From: Steroidobacteraceae bacterium
Lineage (GTDB): Bacteria > Pseudomonadota > Gammaproteobacteria > Steroidobacterales > Steroidobacteraceae
NCBI GenBank assembly: GCA_035429605.1
Contig: DAOMFD010000003.1
Location: 1-38,984, forward strand
Length of the DNA: 38,984 nucleotides
Direction of reading: 5' to 3'
Below the pieces are notes generated by a model. The model did no database searches. It saw only the letters and a program-made list of their open reading frames with translations, and was not told where the DNA came from. The position numbers and the translations under genes are program-made. Shown here piece by piece: positions 33,730-38,984 of the stretch; the first letter of the stretch is position 1; each line of letters starts with the position of its first letter.

Positions 33730-34405
33730 CGTCGCGCGCGTCCGCATCGCGGTCGCGCTGCTCTGCTGTGCCGCCGCGATCACGGCTTCGGGGGCCGTGG
33801 GTGCCGCTGAGTCGATCGAGTTGCCGCGACCGTCCAAGGACCTGCCGATCGACCTCGTGGCCGCGTCGTCCGACGTCGACTACAAGAACAACGCGCTGCG
33901 ATTCCGGCAGCTCGTGGTCACGCAGGGCCCGCTCCGGGTCGAGGCGCAGGAAGCCACGGCGACCGGCCTCGACTTCACGAAGTCCGACTGGACGCTGACG
34001 GGCCAGGTCAGGATCACCATGCCCGACGGCAAGCTCACGGCCGATGACGCGCAGCTGGCCTTCCGCAACAACGAGATCGCGCGGGCCACGGCGCACGGTG
34101 CGCCGGCGGAATTCGAGCACAAGCTCAAGGACAGCCCGCAGGTCGTGAAGGGGCACGCCGATACCATCGACTACAACGTGCAGGCCGGCACGGTGCGACT
34201 GTCCGGCGCAGGATGGCTCACCGACGGCGACAACGTGATCCGCGGGGACACCCTCGTCTACGGTCTTGCAACCCAGCGCGTGCAGGCGAACCCGGACAGC
34301 GCGGTGCCCGGCGGCGTCCACATCACGATCAATCCCAAGAGCCAGGACAAGCCGGGCGGGAAGACCACGGACCAGCCCAAGGGCAAGCCGGACGCGCACC
34401 CATGA
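33710..34405 (+). CDS. lptA: Periplasmic LPS transport protein LptA (OstA-like)
   Basis: It has a signal peptide followed by an OstA-like beta-jellyroll pattern ([28 protein letters not shown]...[17 protein letters not shown]). It sits between lptC and lptB. The exact start is uncertain. Confidence 0.85.
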   Translation: MAASLPDVARVRIAVALLCCAAAITASGAVGAAESIELPRPSKDLPIDLVAASSDVDYKNNALRFRQLVVTQGPLRVEAQEATATGLDFTKSDWTLTGQVRITMPDGKLTADDAQLAFRNNEIARATAHGAPAEFEHKLKDSPQVVKGHADTIDYNVQAGTVRLSGAGWLTDGDNVIRGDTLVYGLATQRVQANPDSAVPGGVHITINPKSQDKPGGKTTDQPKGKPDAHP

Positions 34406-35130
34406 GCGTGTTGCGCGCCGAGTCCCTGGGCAAGCGCTACCGCTCCCGCAAGGTCGTCTCCGGCCTGTCGCTCGACGTGAGCTCCGGCGAAGTCGTGGGC
34501 CTGCTCGGGCCGAACGGCGCCGGCAAGACCACGGCCTTCTACATGATCGTGGGCCTGATCCCCTGCGACGAAGGGCGCATCCACCTCGACGACCGCGAGC
34601 TCACGCGCCTGCCGATGTATCGCCGCGCGCGCCTCGGCGTCGGCTACCTGCCGCAGGAAGCGTCGGTGTTCCGCAAGCTGTCGGTCGAGGACAACATCCG
34701 CGCGATCCTCGAGGTGCGCGAGGACCTCGACGACGAGGCGGCGCGCGAGGCCGCGCTCGATGCGCTGCTCGAGGAACTGCACATCGGGCACATCCGCACC
34801 AACGTCGGCATGAGCCTGTCGGGCGGCGAGCGCCGCCGCGTCGAGATCGCGCGCGCGCTCGCGGCCGAGCCGCGCTTCATCCTGCTCGACGAGCCGTTCG
34901 CCGGCGTCGACCCGATCTCGGTGGACGACATCCAGCGCATCATCCGGCACCTGGCCGCGCGCAACATCGGGGTGCTGATCACCGACCACAACGTGCGCGA
35001 GACCCTCGGCATCTGCAACCGTGCGTACATCGTCAGCGCCGGAAGTGTGATCGCTTCCGGATCCGCGCAGGAGATCCTTGCCAATCCTCAGGTGCGCGAG
35101 GTCTACTTGGGCCAGGATTTCAAGCTCTAG
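34402..35130 (+). CDS. lptB: LPS export ABC transporter ATPase LptB
   Basis: ATG at 34402, in an ATGA overlap with the lptA stop. It carries Walker [10 protein letters not shown], the signature [15 protein letters not shown] and Walker B ILLDEP. 242 aa. Confidence 0.97.
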   Translation: MSVLRAESLGKRYRSRKVVSGLSLDVSSGEVVGLLGPNGAGKTTAFYMIVGLIPCDEGRIHLDDRELTRLPMYRRARLGVGYLPQEASVFRKLSVEDNIRAILEVREDLDDEAAREAALDALLEELHIGHIRTNVGMSLSGGERRRVEIARALAAEPRFILLDEPFAGVDPISVDDIQRIIRHLAARNIGVLITDHNVRETLGICNRAYIVSAGSVIASGSAQEILANPQVREVYLGQDFKL

Positions 35131-35135
35131 GAACG

Positions 35136-36578
35136 ATGCTCAAGCCGGCCCTGCAGCTCAAGCTCGGTCAGCAGCTGACGATGACGCCGCAGCTGCAGCA
35201 GGCCATACGGCTGCTGCAGCTTCCGGTGCTCGAGCTGCAGGCCCAGGTGCAGGAGGCGCTCGAGAGCAACGTCATGCTCGAGGTCGAGGAGGAAGAGGAG
35301 CCGATCGACCTCGCCTCGCTCGACCAGCCCGCGCCCGCCGGCGAGGAAGGAGCTGAATCCGATACGGGCAGCGAGCCCGCCGACGAAGTCGTCGTCGAGA
35401 TGGAGGATCCCTGGTCCGAGGTGTCCGCGGCGCCGGGCGAGGGCCGCTCCCAGGACGACGACGACCGGCCGCTCGAGTTCACGGACAACCGTGAACTCAA
35501 CCTCCACCAGCACCTGGTCTGGCAGCTCGAGGTGAGCAAGCTCGACCCGCGCGAGGTCTGGATCGGCGAGGCGCTGGTCGATGCGCTGAACGACGACGGG
35601 TATCTCACCGAGTCCACCGCCGACATCGCGCGCAGCCTGAGCGCCGACCTGCCGGTGACCGAAGCCGACGTCGAGCGGGTGCTGGCATTCCTGCAGACGC
35701 TGGACCCGGCGGGCGTGGGGGCGCGGTCGGTCGCCGAGTGCGTCTGCCTGCAGCTCGGTCAGCTCGATGCGGGCACGGCGGGACGGGAACTCGCGCTGCG
35801 GATCGCCGCGCAGCACCTGCAGGAGGTGGCGAACCGCGACCTGCCGGGACTGCGCCAGAGGCTCGGTGTCGCGGAGGACGAGTTCCACGAGGCGCTGGCG
35901 CTGATCCGTGCGTGCAATCCGCGGCCGGGCGCGGCGTTCGAGAGCGCACCGCCCGAATACATCGTCCCGGACGTGTTCGTCCGCCGGACCCAGCACGGCT
36001 GGTCGGTCGAGCTCAACCCGGCGTCGGTCCCGCGCCTCAAGGTCAACCAGGGCTACGCGAGCCTGGTGTCGCGCTCGCAGGACTACGCGACGCTGCGCGC
36101 CCAGCTCCAGGAGGCGCGCTGGCTCATCCGCAGCCTCGAGATCCGCGGCGAGACACTGCTCAAGGTCGCCCGCTCGATCGTGCAGCGCCAGGCCGCCTTC
36201 CTCGAGCAGGGCGAGGAAGCCATGCAGCCCATGATCCTGCGCGACGTGGCCGAGGCGGTCGGCATGCACGAGTCGACGATCTCGCGCGTGACGACGGGCA
36301 AGTACATGCACACGCCGCGCGGCATCTTCGAGTTCCGGTTCTTCTTCTCGAGCCACGTGAGCGGCGCCGGCGGCGAGGACGTGTCGTCGGTCGCGATCCG
36401 CGCGCGCATCCGCAAGCTGATCGCGGACGAGCAGCCGGGCAAGCCACTGAGCGACGCGCAGCTCGCCGACGTCCTCGCGCGCGAGGGCGTCAAGGTCGCG
36501 CGGCGCACCGTCGCCAAGTACCGCGAGGCCCTGGGACTCGCGTCGTCCAGTGAGCGGCGCCACGCGGCCGCGGGCTGA
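35136..36578 (+). CDS. rpoN: RNA polymerase sigma-54 factor
   Basis: ATG at 35136 (MLKPALQLKLGQQLTMTPQLQQAIRLLQL). It has an acidic region II and the C-terminal RpoN box ARRTVAKYR. The track entry 34266..36578 fuses an out-of-gene frame onto it. Confidence 0.97.
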   Translation: MLKPALQLKLGQQLTMTPQLQQAIRLLQLPVLELQAQVQEALESNVMLEVEEEEEPIDLASLDQPAPAGEEGAESDTGSEPADEVVVEMEDPWSEVSAAPGEGRSQDDDDRPLEFTDNRELNLHQHLVWQLEVSKLDPREVWIGEALVDALNDDGYLTESTADIARSLSADLPVTEADVERVLAFLQTLDPAGVGARSVAECVCLQLGQLDAGTAGRELALRIAAQHLQEVANRDLPGLRQRLGVAEDEFHEALALIRACNPRPGAAFESAPPEYIVPDVFVRRTQHGWSVELNPASVPRLKVNQGYASLVSRSQDYATLRAQLQEARWLIRSLEIRGETLLKVARSIVQRQAAFLEQGEEAMQPMILRDVAEAVGMHESTISRVTTGKYMHTPRGIFEFRFFFSSHVSGAGGEDVSSVAIRARIRKLIADEQPGKPLSDAQLADVLAREGVKVARRTVAKYREALGLASSSERRHAAAG

Positions 36579-36579
36579 G

Positions 36580-37452
36580 ATGCGCCTCATCATCGTGAGT
36601 GGCCTGTCGGGCTCCGGCAAGAGCGTCGCGCTCAACATGCTGGAGGACCTCGGCTACTACTGCGTGGACAACATCCCGGCAGGACTGCTGCCGGCGTTCA
36701 TCGCCTACACGGTCCGCACCAGCGAGCCGTCCTACCGCCTGACGGCCGTCGGGGTGGATGCCCGCAACCGGCCCGAGGACCTGGCCGACGTGCCGCGGCT
36801 GGTCGCCGAACTGCGGCGCAGCGGCATCGGCTGCGAGCTGCTGTTCCTGCGCGCGGGCAACGACGTGCTGCTCAAGCGGTTCAGCGAGACGCGCCGGCGC
36901 CACCCGCTGAGCCGTGAAGGCCTCGGCCTGCAGGAGGCGCTGGAGCAGGAGCAGCGGCTGCTTGCGCCGGTCGCGACCGCGGCCGATCTCACGGTCGACA
37001 CGTCGAGCCTGTCGATGCACGAGCTGCGCGACATGATCCGCGAACGCGTGGTGGAGCGGCCAGCCGCCGGGCCGTCGCTGCTGTTCGAGTCCTTCGCGTA
37101 CCGCAACGGCGTGCCCGACGACGCGGACTTCGTGTTCGACGCGCGGTCGCTGCCGAACCCGTACTGGGAGCCGGCGCTGCGCGACTTCACCGGTCGCGAC
37201 GAGCCGGTCCGGCAATTCCTCAGCCGGCAGGAGGAAGTCGCGCGATTCCAGGCGGACGTGACGGCATTCCTCGAGCGCTGGATGCCGTCGCTCGCACGCT
37301 CGAACCGCAGCTACCTGACGATCGCCGTCGGCTGCACGGGCGGCCAGCACCGCTCGGTGTACCTCGCCGAGCAGCTCGCGGCGCATTTCAACGCGAGCCT
37401 GGGGCAGGCGCTGGTGCGCCACCGCGACCTCGCGGGCCGTCGGCACGAATAG
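36580..37452 (+). CDS. rapZ: RNase adapter / nucleotide-binding protein RapZ (YhbJ)
   Basis: ATG at 36580, 1 nt after the rpoN TGA (MRLIIVSGLSGSGKSVALNMLEDLGYYCVDNIP...NRSYLTIAVGCTGGQHRSVY). It is colinear with E. coli RapZ. Confidence 0.95.
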   Translation: MRLIIVSGLSGSGKSVALNMLEDLGYYCVDNIPAGLLPAFIAYTVRTSEPSYRLTAVGVDARNRPEDLADVPRLVAELRRSGIGCELLFLRAGNDVLLKRFSETRRRHPLSREGLGLQEALEQEQRLLAPVATAADLTVDTSSLSMHELRDMIRERVVERPAAGPSLLFESFAYRNGVPDDADFVFDARSLPNPYWEPALRDFTGRDEPVRQFLSRQEEVARFQADVTAFLERWMPSLARSNRSYLTIAVGCTGGQHRSVYLAEQLAAHFNASLGQALVRHRDLAGRRHE

Positions 37453-37508
37453 TCGCGCGACGCGAGCTGGCGTCGCCGAGCACGCAGTCCGCGCGGACAG
37501 CCGGCATG

Positions 37509-37717
37509 GGCCGGCCGAGGGGAGGTCTTCCGCGCTCCGGGTCTACCGCGCTTCGAAAACTCCGGCCGGGGACGGCTCGGAGTTTTCGGCGACCCTTGCG
37601 CCGTCGGGTCCGCGGCAAAATTTCGGCGGTGACTGCCGACCCATCGGCCCAGCCGCGGACCTGCGACGTCGCTGCGGCGTCCGACACGGAGCGCGGAAGA
37701 CCTCCCCTCGGCCGGCC
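37509..37717. repeat. 209-bp element delimited by a perfect 31-bp inverted repeat with nested internal hairpins
   Basis: 37509-37539 (GGCCGGCCGAGGGGAGGTCTTCCGCGCTCCG) is the exact reverse complement of 37687-37717. The inner stems are 37554-37564/37578-37588 and 37607-37615/37653-37661. Confidence 0.85.
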
Positions 37718-37804
37718 TCGCATTCCTGCTCCGCGTTCGCGCTGCATCGCGGTCGCGCAATGCGCCTCGCCGCGGCGACTGCGACGTCGTAAAGTGCGCC
37801 GGCC

Positions 37805-38984
37805 ATGAACGCGGAACTCCACCCCATGCGGATGAGCCGGCTCGCAACGCTGAAGCGGGCGCTCGAGCAGGGCACCGGCCGCCAGGTCCAGCGCCTGGTG
37901 AACTCGCTGCATCCGGCCGAGGTGGCGTCGCTGCTCGAGTCGCTGCCGCACGCGCAGCGCGACCTCGTGTGGGACCTCGTCGACCCGGAACTCGAGGGCG
38001 ACGTGCTCGTCGAGCTGAACGACGAGGTCCGCGCCGACCTGATCCAGGAGATGGGCACCGAGGAACTGGTCGCGGCGACCGAGGGCCTCGAGGTCGACGA
38101 CCTCGCGGACCTGCTCGCTGACCTGCCGGAGACGGTCAACCAGCAGGTGCTGCGGTCCATGGACTCGCAGGACCGCGAGCGCCTCAAGGCCGTGCTCGCC
38201 TACGACGCCGACACGGCCGGCGGCCTGATGAACACCGACACGGTCAGCGTCCGCCCGGACGTGACGCTCGAGACCGTGCTGCGCTACGTGCGGATGCGTG
38301 GCGAGCTGCCCGAGCGCACCGACTCGCTGTACGTCGTGAATCGCCACGACCGCTACCTCGGCACGCTCGCGCTGCCGCGGATCCTGACCGAGGATCCCGA
38401 TCGCACCGTCGGCGAGGTCATGGACGCGGCGGCCGAGGCGATCGCTCCCGAGACACCGGCGAGCCAGGTCGCAAGCCTGTTCCAGGATCACGACCTGCTC
38501 TCGGCGCCGGTGGTGGGACCGGAGGGACGCCTGCTCGGTCGCATCACCGTCGACGACGTCGTGGACGTCATCCGCGACGAGGCCGACCACTCCGTGATGA
38601 GCATGGCCGGCCTCGACGAGGACGCCGACATGTTCGCCGGGGTCGTGCCGAGCGCGCGGCGCCGCGGCGTGTGGCTCGGCATCAACCTCGCCACCGCCTT
38701 CCTCGCGGCGTGGGTCGTGGGCCTGTTCGAATCTACGATCCAGAGCATCGTCGCACTCGCGGTGCTGATGCCGATCGTGGCCAGCATGGGCGGCGTGGCG
38801 GCCACCCAGACACTGACGCTGATCGTGCGCGGGCTCGCGCTCGGCCAGGTGGAGCGAGCCAACGCACGCTGGCTCATGGCGAAGGAGATCGCGGTCGCGC
38901 TCCTGAACGGGCTGGCCTGGGCCACGGTCGTCGCGGTCGTCGCGCTGGCCTGGTTCCGCAACTGGAAGATCGCAGCCGTGATCT
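37805..38984 (+). CDS. mgtE: Magnesium transporter MgtE, partial (C-terminus beyond the window end)
   Basis: This frame is open to the window end, so it is absent from the ORF track. My translation reads MNAELHPMRMSRLATLKRALEQGTGRQVQRLVNSLHPAEVASLLESLP...DDLADLLADLPE..., followed by CBS-pair-like sequence and TM helices with PIVASMGGVAATQTLTL. The start could also be ATG at 37826 or 37832, and no clear SD is visible. Confidence 0.93.
   Translation, partial: MNAELHPMRMSRLATLKRALEQGTGRQVQRLVNSLHPAEVASLLESLPHAQRDLVWDLVDPELEGDVLVELNDEVRADLIQEMGTEELVAATEGLEVDDLADLLADLPETVNQQVLRSMDSQDRERLKAVLAYDADTAGGLMNTDTVSVRPDVTLETVLRYVRMRGELPERTDSLYVVNRHDRYLGTLALPRILTEDPDRTVGEVMDAAAEAIAPETPASQVASLFQDHDLLSAPVVGPEGRLLGRITVDDVVDVIRDEADHSVMSMAGLDEDADMFAGVVPSARRRGVWLGINLATAFLAAWVVGLFESTIQSIVALAVLMPIVASMGGVAATQTLTLIVRGLALGQVERANARWLMAKEIAVALLNGLAWATVVAVVALAWFRNWKIAAVI

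Noticed and set aside
34266-36578. A 770-aa ORF spanning lptB and rpoN.
   Set aside because: The first third is an out-of-frame read-through of lptB. Real rpoN starts at ATG 35136 (MLKPALQLKLGQQL).
37453-37804. An M-box (ykoK) Mg2+ riboswitch upstream of mgtE.
   Set aside because: I could not find the conserved M-box sequence blocks, such as the GGUGAGG-type 5' block or the CUAAAGC-type 3' block known from the Bacillus leader. A perfect 31-bp helix is also unlike known riboswitch P1 stems. Only a covariance-model search could settle this.
37506-37808. A 100-aa ORF inside the rapZ-mgtE spacer, considered as a possible npr or a small protein.
   Set aside because: The sequence is Arg/Pro-rich (MGRPRGGLPRSGST...RRLRRRKVRRP) with no HPr-like motif. 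Its symmetry simply mirrors the inverted repeat.

Overview
This is a high-G+C proteobacterial core-genome window, with gene order most like gammaproteobacteria. It is almost entirely coding and consists of housekeeping envelope, division and respiration genes. On the minus strand, in coordinate order, are secA (C-terminus cut by the window start), an M23 peptidase, lpxC, and the complete dcw cluster, which in transcription order runs mraZ-rsmH-ftsL-ftsI-murE-murF-mraY-murD-ftsW-murG-murC-ddl-ftsQ-ftsA-ftsZ. Further minus-strand genes are RNase P RNA (rnpB), rsmI, sspB and sspA, cytochrome bc1 (transcribed petA-petB-petC), and ibaG-murA. On the plus strand are a DUF721/DciA-like gene, lpoA-yraN, kdsD-kdsC-lptC-lptA-lptB-rpoN-rapZ, and mgtE (cut by the window end). 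Many ORF-track entries are wrong-frame, antisense shadow ORFs or 5'-overextended, so I re-derived starts from the nucleotide sequence. Several genes use GTG or TTG starts, and many junctions are 4-nt stop/start overlaps. I found no defence island, transposase, CRISPR array, tRNA or unexplained multi-gene system, and unassigned DNA is limited to spacers of at most about 390 bp. I therefore do not claim a novel system. The features most worth a second look are small and non-coding. (1) A 209-bp element bounded by a perfect 31-bp inverted repeat lies between rapZ and mgtE. (2) rpoN abuts rapZ with no hpf, ptsN or npr. (3) A perfect 45-bp palindrome plus a third half-site lies between petC and sspA. 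(4) An unassigned spacer of about 390 bp with an AT-rich island lies between rnpB and the mraZ promoter. (5) A clear Pmra promoter is followed by phased MraZ-type GTGGG boxes. (6) The ftsA-ftsZ spacer is unusually long and purine-skewed.
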